Position numbers and translations under genes: made by a program
Notes under the pieces: generated by a model
What the model saw: the letters and a program-made list of their open reading frames with translations, nothing else
What the model was told of the DNA's origin: nothing
Databases searched by the model: none
Assembly: GCA_018655525.1 (NCBI GenBank)
Contig: JABIJM010000002.1
Location: forward strand, 29,827-93,826
Direction: 5' to 3'
Length of the DNA stretch: 64,000 nt
Source of the DNA: Candidatus Woesearchaeota archaeon
Lineage (GTDB): Archaea; Nanobdellota; Nanobdellia; Woesearchaeales; GW2011-AR9
In this document: positions 18,220-27,745 of the stretch, one piece after another
Position numbering within the stretch: the stretch's first letter is position 1
Layout: each line of letters starts with the position of its first letter

Positions 18220-18876
18220 TCATTCCCACTTAAAAGCTAATGTTCCAGGCCCTCTTCTTCCAACTTTAGGACCATCATCATAAAATAAACCTGCTTTACT
18301 CATGTTCTCTCTTCCAAGTCTTGCACAAGAATATGTAGCTAAGACACCACTTGATTTCATCACACGAAACATTTCCTTAAACAAATCTTCCGACCACATC
18401 TCAGGCATTGTTTTTGGTGAGAAAGGGTCCCAAAACACAACATCAAAATGTTCATCATCTAATTTTTTTGTTGTTTCCCGAACATCCCCCAACAAAACTT
18501 TTACAGAAACATTTCCTTCAACAAATGATAAATTCTCATTTGTTAATTTTTTATAATGTTTAAAAAAAGCAATCTCTGGATTCACCTCTTGAATCTTAGA
18601 AACAATTGCAGCATCTAATTCCAATCCCACAACCTCAACTTTACAATTAGGATTTTCTTCAAGTGCAACTGAAACAGCCATTGCAGAATTGTATCCCATA
18701 CCAAAGAAACAATCTAAGATTCTAATGTGACCAGACTTAGCTAATTCTTTTATTTTAGTTGGTTCAGCATACTTCTTCATCGCTTCTTCAACAGCACCTG
18801 TGTATGAATGATAGCTTTCACCAACCTCTTCATTGAGGAACGTTTCAGATTTATCTGCTGTAAGGACTTTTTTCAT
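18220..18876 (-). CDS. SAM-dependent methyltransferase, MnmC-C-terminal-like (Methyltransf_30-like)
   Basis: ILDCFFGMGYNSAMAV (SAM motif I-like) and DVVFWDPFSPKTMPEMWSEDLFKEMFRVMKSSGVLATYS, which is characteristic of the MnmC methyltransferase domain. Confidence 0.6.
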   Translation of the reverse strand: MKKVLTADKSETFLNEEVGESYHSYTGAVEEAMKKYAEPTKIKELAKSGHIRILDCFFGMGYNSAMAVSVALEENPNCKVEVVGLELDAAIVSKIQEVNPEIAFFKHYKKLTNENLSFVEGNVSVKVLLGDVRETTKKLDDEHFDVVFWDPFSPKTMPEMWSEDLFKEMFRVMKSSGVLATYSCARLGRENMSKAGLFYDDGPKVGRRGPGTLAFKWE

Positions 18877-18912
18877 ACTCTCAGAATTAAATGGATACTT
18901 TAAAAACTTAAC

Positions 18913-19596
18913 CTATACTTTTTCAGCTCTCCCCTTCCTCACTAAAAGAGCAGCAACTTCTGGAAATATTTCTGTTTCATCGCCAACCTCAAAAGGACCA
19001 TACACTTTCATGTCTTTCCACACAAAACTTGGAACAGCATGAAGAAACTTAATTTTATGTTTCTCTTCAGAACTTGTTTCTTCAGGAGTTGCAGATTCAT
19101 TAGGCTGAGAAGTTACTTCTTCTTTAACAACTGGTTTTGGAACTTCAATATTAATTTGTGGATGATCCATTCCTAAATCTGGAAGTTCTCCTTGAAACAA
19201 CTTCAACAACACACCATGTCTATAAATATCTAAATTTGCTAAAAGTTTTGTATAAAATACCTTTTCTTCCCTAAGCATAGAAGACGTATCAATAATATTA
19301 GAACCAGTTCTAGATCTATTTAACGCAATGTCAATAATCTTCTTCTCACGCTTCTCATGGATTTCTTTAAGAATTCGTTTAATACTTCTAAGCTCATACT
19401 CCAACTTCTCCTTTTCGCCTGTAGCGAACGGATTATCAGAATCTTTTTGATCTGCAAGTAATGATTTTTTTTCTCTTACATATGAAACTACGTCTACATA
19501 GAACGTACTTTCTAGTTTTTGCAGATCTTCTCGTTTTTTTTCATTACGCAGAAAATCATACAATGTTTCTAGAGTAATTTTTATTTCTTCTGCCAT
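18913..19596 (-). CDS. Hypothetical protein, possibly a GINS-family replication factor subunit
   Basis: The N-terminal LETLYDFLRNEKKREDLQKLESTFYVDVVSYV pattern and the C-terminal small domain (...GPFEVGDETEIFPEVAALLVRKGRAEKV) resemble archaeal Gins51. This is a weak by-eye call. Confidence 0.35.
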   Translation of the reverse strand: MAEEIKITLETLYDFLRNEKKREDLQKLESTFYVDVVSYVREKKSLLADQKDSDNPFATGEKEKLEYELRSIKRILKEIHEKREKKIIDIALNRSRTGSNIIDTSSMLREEKVFYTKLLANLDIYRHGVLLKLFQGELPDLGMDHPQINIEVPKPVVKEEVTSQPNESATPEETSSEEKHKIKFLHAVPSFVWKDMKVYGPFEVGDETEIFPEVAALLVRKGRAEKV

Positions 19597-19751
19597 ATAA
19601 ACCCTACGGCTTTATCATGCCCAAGGTGAGGCATTCGCTTTGCTCAACCTCACTATCGTACCAACCCCCGTATTTTCCAGAGGTTGCAGGTTTTTAAAAC
19701 TATTGTTCTTAGAGAAGATAGGTTTATTAATATAGATATTAAATCACTTAT

Positions 19752-19988
19752 ATGGATATTCAAAAACATATCTTCAATCATCTTCTTTCAATCAAAGTAA
19801 TTCCTAATGCTTCACAAACAAAACTTATAGAAGAGAACAACCAATTAAAACTTTACCTTTCAGCAATCCCTGATAAGAACAAAGCAAACATACAGCTCCT
19901 CAAATTTTTCAAGAAAGAATTCAAACTCAAAGTAGAAATCAAATCTGGTGCAAGAAGTAGGAATAAGGTCTTGAGAATTCTAGAATAA
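19752..19988 (+). CDS. DUF167/YggU-family small protein
   Basis: KVIPNASQTKL...LKLYLSAIPDKNKANIQLLKFFKKEF...VEIKSGARSRNKVLRI matches the UPF0235 pattern (P-x-A...P-x-x-G-x-AN...SG-x-x-S-R-x-K). Confidence 0.7.
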   Translation: MDIQKHIFNHLLSIKVIPNASQTKLIEENNQLKLYLSAIPDKNKANIQLLKFFKKEFKLKVEIKSGARSRNKVLRILE

Positions 19989-20062
19989 GGGATCTGTGAA
20001 CTCTAAAACATCCCTTACATCCCCATAATATATTTTAAAGGATATGTTTTCTTTGATCATAC

Positions 20063-20857
20063 ATGAAACAATATTTGGATTTGATGCAAAAAATCCTTGA
20101 TGAAGGCCAGGAAAAAACAGATCGTACAGGGACAGGAACAAAATCCCTGTTTGGATATCAAATGCGTTTTGATTTATCAAAAGGTTTTCCTCTTGTCACA
20201 ACAAAAAAGATTCATTTGAAAAGTGTAATGCATGAATTATTATGGTTTTTGAGAGGTGAAACAAACACCAAGTATCTCGTAGATAATAAAGTTCGTATTT
20301 GGAATGACTGGGCAGATGAACATGGAAATCTTGGACCAGTTTATGGGAAACAATGGCGTAGGTGGGAAGATCCTCGTGGTGGTTCCATCGACCAAATTGC
20401 TAATGCAGTTGATTCTATAAAAAATAACCAAGACTCAAGAAGGATTATAGTTAGTGCATGGAATGTTGCAGATATTCCTTATATGGGACTACCAGCATGT
20501 CATGCATTCTTTCAATTCTATGTCGCAGATAATAAATTAAGTAGTCACTTGTATCAAAGATCAGCCGATTGGTTTTTAGGAGTTCCATTTAACATCACAA
20601 GTTACGCTACTCTAACACATATGATGGCGCAAGTAACAGGAAAAGAAGTAGGAGATTTTGTTCATACTTTCGGTGACATGCACCTTTATAACAATCATGT
20701 AGAACAAGCAGAACTTCAAATCTCACGAAAACCATTATCACTACCACAAATAGAACTAAATCCTAATATTACCTCCATTGATGATTTCACTTATGATGAT
20801 ATAAGGATCGTAGATTATAATCATCATCCAAGAATAAGAGCACCAATCGCAGTATAA
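20063..20857 (+). CDS. thyA: Thymidylate synthase (ThyA type)
   Basis: [22 protein letters not shown], the catalytic [11 protein letters not shown], and DMHLYNNH. Confidence 0.95.
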   Translation: MKQYLDLMQKILDEGQEKTDRTGTGTKSLFGYQMRFDLSKGFPLVTTKKIHLKSVMHELLWFLRGETNTKYLVDNKVRIWNDWADEHGNLGPVYGKQWRRWEDPRGGSIDQIANAVDSIKNNQDSRRIIVSAWNVADIPYMGLPACHAFFQFYVADNKLSSHLYQRSADWFLGVPFNITSYATLTHMMAQVTGKEVGDFVHTFGDMHLYNNHVEQAELQISRKPLSLPQIELNPNITSIDDFTYDDIRIVDYNHHPRIRAPIAV

Positions 20858-20859
20858 AA

Positions 20860-21405
20860 ATGACAAAAAACCATGACTATAACTTTGAACTCATCCTCAT
20901 CGCAGGAGTTACACAGAATGGTGTAATTGGAAAAGATAATCAACTACCTTGGAAAAAACTAAAAGGAGATTTAACAAGATTTGCAGAACTTACAACACCG
21001 CATCCCGTCATCATGGGAAGAAACACGTGGGAATCTCTTCCGGAAGATTATCAACCATTACCTGACAGATTAAACATGGTTCTCACACGTAACGAAGCCT
21101 ATGAATCTCCTGGAGCTTATCTTATGCCTTCATTAGAAGAAGCCTTAGAATCAATTGAAGCAAGAGATCCATTCATAACGGGGATTAAATATGATCAAGT
21201 ATTCATCATTGGAGGTGCTCGTGTATATGAAGAAGCACTTCCATTAGCAGATAGATTAGAACTAACTGAAGTACATCGTGAAGTAGAAGGAGATACATTC
21301 TTTCCTGGTTGGGATCGGAAACTTTGGAATGAAGAAAATAGGGTTCAAGTTAAAACAAGGAAAGGAAAAAATACACATGACTTTGTGACTTATATAAGAA
21401 AATGA
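20860..21405 (+). CDS. folA: Dihydrofolate reductase
   Basis: VIGKDNQLPW, VIMGRNTWESLP and IIGGARVYEE. It starts 3 nt after the thyA stop. Confidence 0.9.
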   Translation: MTKNHDYNFELILIAGVTQNGVIGKDNQLPWKKLKGDLTRFAELTTPHPVIMGRNTWESLPEDYQPLPDRLNMVLTRNEAYESPGAYLMPSLEEALESIEARDPFITGIKYDQVFIIGGARVYEEALPLADRLELTEVHREVEGDTFFPGWDRKLWNEENRVQVKTRKGKNTHDFVTYIRK

Positions 21406-22133
21406 AAGGAACATTCGTAGTAGTAGATGGACTAGATGGTGTTGGTAAAGGTGTTTTCATAGATACTTTTGTAGAAGAAGCAAAAATAGATGGAAAACGT
21501 GTTTATGATGTAGAAGAATTTTGGAATCGTTTTGGATATTATCCTGATTTAGAAAAAGTTTCTTCCTATGATGTTGTTCTTACTTCAGAACCAACATTTT
21601 GTGGAGTTGGCGAATTAATACGTAAGGAATTAACTGCAAATAATGGACGACATTATTCTACGCGTGTTATAGCAGAAGCTTTTTCGTTAGATAGAAGAAT
21701 TCTTTATGAAAATTTTGTTCTTCCTTTATTAGAAGCAGGTACCGAGATCTATCAATCACGATCCGTATCGACTTCATTAGTATATCAACGTCAAACAGCA
21801 ATTGATGAAGGTGCAAATTTTAGTGTTGACGATATTCTAGAATTGCCAGGAAACAAATTCTGCTTCTCACATCCTATGGATCATCTTGTTATACCAACGA
21901 TCGGTGATGTCAGTGAACTAACTACAAGATTAGAACAAAGACAGAAAACAGATGATTCTGAATTTGAAGTGCCTGAATTTCAATTGAAACTAAAACCACA
22001 TTATGAATCAACTGAATTAAGAGAACTTTTTGAAAGAAATGGAACAAAAGTAACCTATCTTGATGCAGGGATCTCATTAGAATCTTCTAAACAACAAGCA
22101 CGTGAATTCTATCAACAAAATTTAAGGAAATAA
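21402..22133 (+). CDS. tmk: Thymidylate-kinase-like nucleoside monophosphate kinase
   Basis: P-loop VVVDGLDGVGKG and a DR motif (FSLDRRILYE). It has an ATGA overlap with folA. It is divergent, so substrate specificity is uncertain. Confidence 0.5.
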   Translation: MKGTFVVVDGLDGVGKGVFIDTFVEEAKIDGKRVYDVEEFWNRFGYYPDLEKVSSYDVVLTSEPTFCGVGELIRKELTANNGRHYSTRVIAEAFSLDRRILYENFVLPLLEAGTEIYQSRSVSTSLVYQRQTAIDEGANFSVDDILELPGNKFCFSHPMDHLVIPTIGDVSELTTRLEQRQKTDDSEFEVPEFQLKLKPHYESTELRELFERNGTKVTYLDAGISLESSKQQAREFYQQNLRK

Positions 22134-22175
22134 TGTTTCAATAGATTTTTAAAGGAAATCCTCTGAAATGTATTT

Positions 22176-22535
22176 ATGCCAAAATTAACTGATGTTCAAA
22201 GATCTTATATTCAAGAAAGAGGTTTTGAAGTAATGGAAGGATTTCCTGGGAACGATTTCCCTTATGTTGTGTTAGGGAGATTATCTCCTGTTAATGGTGA
22301 TTTTGCTTATTGTACATCTTTATCCACATCAATGTCACATGTTTTGGGAAGAATAAATCCAGATACAAGAGAATTTTCAAATTTAGTTAACTTAATTGAA
22401 GAAGCTGTAGGAACTTCGATGCCTCTAGATGGTAGTTGTATTTTTACCACAGAACCCGAAAGAAAATTTCCCATTTATGTAGTTGATGATAAATGGAATC
22501 AAGTTGCAGAAGCATTAGTTGCGAGATATCAATAA
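22176..22535 (+). CDS. Hypothetical protein
   Basis: 119-aa ORF. Confidence 0.45.
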   Translation: MPKLTDVQRSYIQERGFEVMEGFPGNDFPYVVLGRLSPVNGDFAYCTSLSTSMSHVLGRINPDTREFSNLVNLIEEAVGTSMPLDGSCIFTTEPERKFPIYVVDDKWNQVAEALVARYQ

Positions 22536-22862
22536 TTTTAAAATACTTTTAAAAAAAATAATAAAAAAAACAAAAATTACTCCTCTTCCTCTTTTGCTTC
22601 TTTAAAAAAAGCGTCCAGTTTTTTGCTACCTATCATAGCCTTGTAAGAAATTTTTGTCATAGGACATCCATCACCTCTTTTTCACAACATCTATCAATTA
22701 AATGAGAAATGAATGACCTATATAAACACTGTTGATGTTCAAAATATATTCTTCAAGCCGATACCACTGGGAAAAAAATATTGCAGTTTACTCGTTGAAA
22801 TAACACTATTCAAGTACTACTTTTGCAGAGGATAGTTTTCAAAACAACATTGACAAGAACCT

Positions 22863-23369
22863 TTAAGATTGGCTTACTGCATTTATTAAATCAGAACTAA
22901 TTACTTCTCCACTTGAAGCATCTATTTTTACATTTGCAAATTTCAATGTTTTAGAAATAAATGTGAAATTCCACAATGCTTTTCCTTGTAATGTTTGCAC
23001 AATTAAAAATCCATCACCTAATTGCTCGCTTCCAAATTTTTCCTTAGCAATTTCTTTAAACTTAACTACAGCATCATCAATAGAAATTTTAATCTTATCA
23101 ACATCCAAAGATTCAACTTCTGTTTGTGGTTTCTTAAACACATCATCTTCAGGCTTAATTGAAAACCCTTTCTCAATCACAGAAAAAACTGTCATCTTTT
23201 CTTTATCATAAAAACCAAGATCCCAATTTTCTTTTACTTTTAATTCAGAACTTAAAGGACAAAAGAAATGAGAAAGAATTGCATCAGGATGGTTTTTCTT
23301 CCAATCCTGAAATAATTGATCTTCACTAAGCTTTTTAAATACTTCTTGTGGAGAAGCTAACTCTTTCAT
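22863..23369 (-). CDS. Hypothetical protein (co-transcribed with tfs)
   Basis: 168-aa ORF that abuts the tfs stop. Confidence 0.5.
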   Translation of the reverse strand: MKELASPQEVFKKLSEDQLFQDWKKNHPDAILSHFFCPLSSELKVKENWDLGFYDKEKMTVFSVIEKGFSIKPEDDVFKKPQTEVESLDVDKIKISIDDAVVKFKEIAKEKFGSEQLGDGFLIVQTLQGKALWNFTFISKTLKFANVKIDASSGEVISSDLINAVSQS

Positions 23370-23678
23370 TTAATACTCTCTCCACGTGTATTCACACTTC
23401 TCACACTTAAAGAAACGTGTTTCGGGTTCGTCAGCAGCTCTTGTTTGCTGAGTCCAGTAATATGCGACCTTGTGACCACATTTATCACATTTCGTTTTAA
23501 TCTTTGGTCTACTATCTAATTTATCCATAACTTCAATCTTTTTCGCAGACTTAACAGTCTCTTTGATTGAAGCCATTTCTTCTTCTGGTTTCTTTGTGAA
23601 ACCACAGCTACAAAATAAAACCTTTTTACCAGCTTTATCCTTTGGACGTAATATTGAACCACATTTTGGACAGAACAT
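23370..23678 (-). CDS. tfs: Transcription factor S (TFS, TFIIS/RpoM-like)
   Basis: N-terminal zinc ribbon CPKCGS..CSCG. The C-terminal ribbon is CDKCGH...WTQQTRAADEPETRFFKCEKCEYTW, including the acidic hairpin. Confidence 0.85.
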   Translation of the reverse strand: MFCPKCGSILRPKDKAGKKVLFCSCGFTKKPEEEMASIKETVKSAKKIEVMDKLDSRPKIKTKCDKCGHKVAYYWTQQTRAADEPETRFFKCEKCEYTWREY

Positions 23679-23869
23679 TTTTTTATCTCACCTATTCACA
23701 GTAGGAATCAAGCCTCTCTTTAAAAGGTTTATTGATTTACGTAAGTAGTATGGAGAGTTTTCTTGGTAATAAGACAGAGCATTATTTAATTTATGAGGGA
23801 GGTTTATTTTAATAAAAAAGAAAGTTTATTTAGTAAATATTTATAAAAAAAGTTATAATTCCAAAAAAA

Positions 23870-24148
23870 ATGACAGAAGACGTAACTAATGAAGAACTTT
23901 TCAGATATATAAACGAAGAAATTCTTCCTATTATGAGGGAGATACATTCTATTATAGCTGATTGTACCGATACATTGGATAGGAATGAGAGAAGGTATTC
24001 TTGCTCTTCAATAGAAAGTAGACCTCTAGGTAGAAATCAACGTCCGGATTATTATGGTCGGGACAGAGGTGTTGATGATCGTTCTATAGATGGTGCAGTG
24101 ATAGTTGATCCTCCTGGTGCTGCTTATCGGAGAGGTAGAAGATTATAA
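23870..24148 (+). CDS. Hypothetical protein (R/D/G-rich C-terminal half)
   Basis: 92-aa ORF. The second half is compositionally odd. Confidence 0.35.
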   Translation: MTEDVTNEELFRYINEEILPIMREIHSIIADCTDTLDRNERRYSCSSIESRPLGRNQRPDYYGRDRGVDDRSIDGAVIVDPPGAAYRRGRRL

Positions 24149-24201
24149 ATTTATAAACATCTCCCTTTTTCTACCAATTCAAAAATTATCAACAAAACGT
24201 T

Positions 24202-24840
24202 CTAACGTACAATACTCACACCAAAGACTTTCATCAAATCAACAAATAGAATCTTGACCCAACCTAAATATGGGATTCTTACAACACCTTTCCCATAAAC
24301 ACGTTCCTGAGATATACTTGTTTCTTCTAAACCATTTGCAATACTATTGCTATTATGATCTCCCTTTGTTTGATACGTGCCATCTGCATGGACATCTACA
24401 ACTCTGTGGATGATTGGTTGTGCTCTATATGCTTGGAAAATTAACACATCTCCCACTTCAACCTTATCAGCTCGCCAGAGAATAATCACATCACCCTTAT
24501 CAAATCCATTTTTCAATGGAAATTCAATAAAATCTGTTTTACTAATCCCTTTATTCTGATACCAAGATCCACATAATCCCCACCAATTGTCAAAAGACTC
24601 TTGAAACTCAGGAAACGATTGCCCACAAATGACACTTTGATGCAATCCATGTTCCATACTCTCACTTACAACAGCAACGATCGGAAAATCAGTTCCTAAC
24701 GCTAAACCTAATCCGGGATACACAAGAAACTTGATAAGAATAAATGCAACAACAAGATTCAGAACCCAACTTAATGTAGAATCACTATCCCAGAAAAACT
24801 TCCATGCCTTCTTTAATTGCTGCTTATGTTTCTTGTTCAT
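24202..24840 (-). CDS. Signal peptidase I, archaeal/ER type (S26B)
   Basis: TM anchor, VVSESMEH (SxSMxP-like Ser box), HRVV, and TKGDHNSN (GDNN-like box). Confidence 0.8.
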   Translation of the reverse strand: MNKKHKQQLKKAWKFFWDSDSTLSWVLNLVVAFILIKFLVYPGLGLALGTDFPIVAVVSESMEHGLHQSVICGQSFPEFQESFDNWWGLCGSWYQNKGISKTDFIEFPLKNGFDKGDVIILWRADKVEVGDVLIFQAYRAQPIIHRVVDVHADGTYQTKGDHNSNSIANGLEETSISQERVYGKGVVRIPYLGWVKILFVDLMKVFGVSIVR

Positions 24841-24871
24841 TATCTAGAAAAGAGTTTAAACATTTAAAAAA

Positions 24872-25369
24872 CTATTGTTGATGAACTGTTTCTTGGTCCT
24901 TGATTTCAACTTGACTTGTTTCTTCACCATCAGCTGCCTTTTGTTCTTCATGCTGATTATCAAAGTGATGATGGACATCTTCTTTTTTGAAATATACTAA
25001 TAATACAATATTATAAATCAAACTGATCACAAGCGTTACAATCCCTAAGATTGCAAATAAACCAAATAATGCTAATGATACAACAAAATTTGTAAGATTA
25101 ATTAAAATTGCAAATGCTGCAATAGTCATCACTAAGAATCGTGACCATTTTTTCATTCTAAGTAATCCAATACCAGCAATAAAACTTAAAATTGATAATG
25201 TTAAACCTAATAATCCAAAAGTAACTGTGAAAATTTCATTTGAAACTTCAGATCCAAAACCTGCTAAAACGCTTGCAAAAAATAAACTTAAAACACCGCC
25301 AACCATGCCAGCTAATCCTAAAAGAATTTCTAAAATTGCAAATATTGTAACACCTTTTGGTCTTTCCAT
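24872..25369 (-). CDS. Polytopic membrane protein
   Basis: 165 aa with four hydrophobic helices and an acidic C-terminal tail. Confidence 0.5.
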   Translation of the reverse strand: MERPKGVTIFAILEILLGLAGMVGGVLSLFFASVLAGFGSEVSNEIFTVTFGLLGLTLSILSFIAGIGLLRMKKWSRFLVMTIAAFAILINLTNFVVSLALFGLFAILGIVTLVISLIYNIVLLVYFKKEDVHHHFDNQHEEQKAADGEETSQVEIKDQETVHQQ

Positions 25370-25458
25370 ATACTAAAGAATAATTTTAGTGTTTTTATAG
25401 GTTTCGTTTTTCTCTTTCTTTAGTAAAGATTTTTAAAACAATAAAATATTATACTTAC

Positions 25459-26259
25459 ATGCAACAACTAATCCTCACAATTAAACAAAAAAAAGAACTT
25501 AAAGATATTAGTGATGACTTTGTAAAAGATTATCTTAAAAAATATAAAAAAACACATAACATCAAAACATTACCTACAAATTCAAAATCAAAAGATTTCA
25601 AATTAATTGTAAAAGACATACGTGCTGAATTACGAAAAGTGTATGGATTATTTAGAAACAAAGATAATGCAAAATTACGAAATGAATTAATCAATAACGT
25701 AGATCAAAAAGATATCCATATTGAAATCTTAGAAACACATGCATCCACAAAAGAACGATTGCCATTCTACAAAGATTTGTACACACAAATTTTTAATATT
25801 ACAAAGAAACCTAAAACCATCTTAGATCTTGGATGTGGCATCAATCCTTTCTCTATCTCATTTATGGGCCATAAACCAACATATTATGCATACGATATTA
25901 ACAAAGAAGAAATTACAAACATCAATAAATACTTTAAACAACATGCCATTAAAGGAAATGCAGAACTTCTTGACATTTCTAAAACAACAAAAGTAAGCTT
26001 ATTACCAAAAGCAGATGTTGCATTCTTATTCAAAGTCTCTGCAATTCTTGACAAAGGAAAAGGACATAAAAAAACAGAAGAAATCATTGACGCAATTCCT
26101 TCAACGTATGTAGTTGTAAGTTTTCCAACATTAACCATGTCCGGCAAACCCATGACCGCTCCAAGAAGGTCATGGATGGAATGGTTATGCAAACGAAGAA
26201 ACTGGGATTACAGTATCATAGAATTTAAGAATGAAATCTATTATGTTCTAAAGAAATGA
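25459..26259 (+). CDS. FmrO-family (ArmA/Rmt-like) 16S rRNA guanine-N7 methyltransferase homolog
   Basis: THASTKERLPFYKDLYTQIF (HxSTxERL...Y..IF), ILDLGCGINPF, YYAYDINKEEI, ADVAFLFKVSAILD, YVVVSFPT and a C-terminal EIYYVLKK. This is the same block order as aminoglycoside-resistance G1405 methyltransferases. Confidence 0.6.
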   Translation: MQQLILTIKQKKELKDISDDFVKDYLKKYKKTHNIKTLPTNSKSKDFKLIVKDIRAELRKVYGLFRNKDNAKLRNELINNVDQKDIHIEILETHASTKERLPFYKDLYTQIFNITKKPKTILDLGCGINPFSISFMGHKPTYYAYDINKEEITNINKYFKQHAIKGNAELLDISKTTKVSLLPKADVAFLFKVSAILDKGKGHKKTEEIIDAIPSTYVVVSFPTLTMSGKPMTAPRRSWMEWLCKRRNWDYSIIEFKNEIYYVLKK

Positions 26260-26296
26260 GCAAATTATTTATAGTAACCCTTCTTTTATCATAAAA

Positions 26297-26503
26297 ATGG
26301 CAGAAACAATCACTATTAGAAAAGAACTTGTTGAGAGATTAATTACAGATTTTGATGAATTAGTTCATGAATTGGAAGATGAACAACTCTCTGAAGAAGC
26401 TTTACGTAGAATTAAAGAAGTTGAGGAAGGTAAAGCTAAAATGCTTACAGAAGAAGAATTTCTAAATAAGTTAAGACAGGATGGTATTGATATCTCTTTT
26501 TGA
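26297..26503 (+). CDS. Putative antitoxin of a type II TA pair
   Basis: 68-aa acidic helical ORF whose 3' end overlaps the RelE/ParE-like ORF by 23 nt. Confidence 0.5.
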   Translation: MAETITIRKELVERLITDFDELVHELEDEQLSEEALRRIKEVEEGKAKMLTEEEFLNKLRQDGIDISF

Positions 26504-26795
26504 ATTTCATGAAGATTTTTATGGTGATCTAAAAAAGCTTTCTTTAATTTTAAAGAAAAGAGTATCCTCTAAAATACGAGATATTAAGATGAACCCTAGG
26601 CGTTTTAAACATCTTTCAGGTCCAGGGAACTATTATTCTGCCCGTGTGGGAGATTTAAGAATAATTTATGGGATAAAAGAAAATAAAGTTAAGTTTTTAA
26701 TGGTAGAACAAAGAAGTAAAGTTTACCAAAATTATTATAAAAGAATTTCGCGCGTACGTGAAGCATTGGTACATTATGGAATCAACAACGAATAA
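26481..26795 (+). CDS. RelE/ParE-family toxin
   Basis: FHEDFYGDLKKL..., KHLSGPGNYYSARVGDLRIIYGIKENKVKFLMVEQRSKVY (the RVGDYRIIY...R..VY signature). Confidence 0.7.
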   Translation: MVLISLFEFHEDFYGDLKKLSLILKKRVSSKIRDIKMNPRRFKHLSGPGNYYSARVGDLRIIYGIKENKVKFLMVEQRSKVYQNYYKRISRVREALVHYGINNE

Positions 26796-27711
26796 ATTCT
26801 CACACAACCTTCTAACGTGGTACGACAAAAATCAACGTGACCTTCCATGGAGGAAAAATAATCCTCCGTATGAAATCGTTGTATCTGAAATTATGTTACA
26901 ACAAACAAATGTACCCAAGGTTATAGAAAAATTCAAAGAATTCTTAACATTATTTCCAACCATTCAAAATTTAGCAGCTGCAGAGAAATCACAAGTTATT
27001 CAATCATGGAGTGGCCTTGGATATAATAGAAGAGCCTTAATGTTGCATAAATTTGGACAAGAAATTGTAAATTATCATCAAGGAATCATCCCGCAAACCA
27101 CAAAAGAATTAATCGCACTTCCTGGCATTGGACCATACACAGCAGGTGCAATCGCATCGTTTGCATTTAACAAACCAGAACCAGCTGTTGATGTAAATCT
27201 AAGAAGAACCTACATGCGTTATTTTCATGGACAAGATCAAGCACTTCCTATGAATAAATTAGAAGAAGCAGAATTATACACACTAATAAAATCCTCAATT
27301 CCAAAAGATAAAAGTTCCTTGCTACACAACGCATTGATGGATTTTGGATCTTTAATTTGCAAAGCAAAAAATCCTTCTTGTGAATCTTGTTTTCAATCTA
27401 AAGAATGCAAATTCGCACCATTATACAAACAACATGGACAAAAAGCATTATTCGTCAAAGAAAAAAAACAAGAACCGGGAATCTCTGAAAATGGAAAACA
27501 TATCCCAAATAGAATCTTCCGTGGACGTATCGTAGAATTCATTAGAAACAATCCGGGAACAATAGAAATTCAGATACTTGGAGAAAAAATAAAAAAAGAT
27601 TTCACGAATGAACAAGAGTGGCTTCTTACATTAATTACAAAACTAGAAAAAGATGGATTTATTACGAAAGAAATTAACGAGAAGCATATTGAATTACAAT
27701 TATCAAACTAA
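26776..27711 (+). CDS. mutY: A/G-specific adenine DNA glycosylase (MutY-like HhH-GPD) with a non-canonical C-terminal domain
   Basis: WYDKNQRDLPWR, VSEIMLQQTNV, LPGIGPYTAGAI, and the Fe-S loop CKAKNPSCESCFQSKEC. The start was taken at MESTT (26776) and still overlaps the toxin gene by 20 nt. Confidence 0.8.
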   Translation: MESTTNKFSHNLLTWYDKNQRDLPWRKNNPPYEIVVSEIMLQQTNVPKVIEKFKEFLTLFPTIQNLAAAEKSQVIQSWSGLGYNRRALMLHKFGQEIVNYHQGIIPQTTKELIALPGIGPYTAGAIASFAFNKPEPAVDVNLRRTYMRYFHGQDQALPMNKLEEAELYTLIKSSIPKDKSSLLHNALMDFGSLICKAKNPSCESCFQSKECKFAPLYKQHGQKALFVKEKKQEPGISENGKHIPNRIFRGRIVEFIRNNPGTIEIQILGEKIKKDFTNEQEWLLTLITKLEKDGFITKEINEKHIELQLSN

Positions 27712-27745
27712 AACATTTAAATAAAACCACCATAATTACACAAAC

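Noticed and set aside
22577-22660. 27-codon minus-strand mini-ORF (MTKISYKAMIGSKKLDAFFKEAKEEEE) in the 327-nt spacer after 22535.
   Set aside because: It is too short and has ambiguous SD spacing, so it cannot be supported without conservation data.
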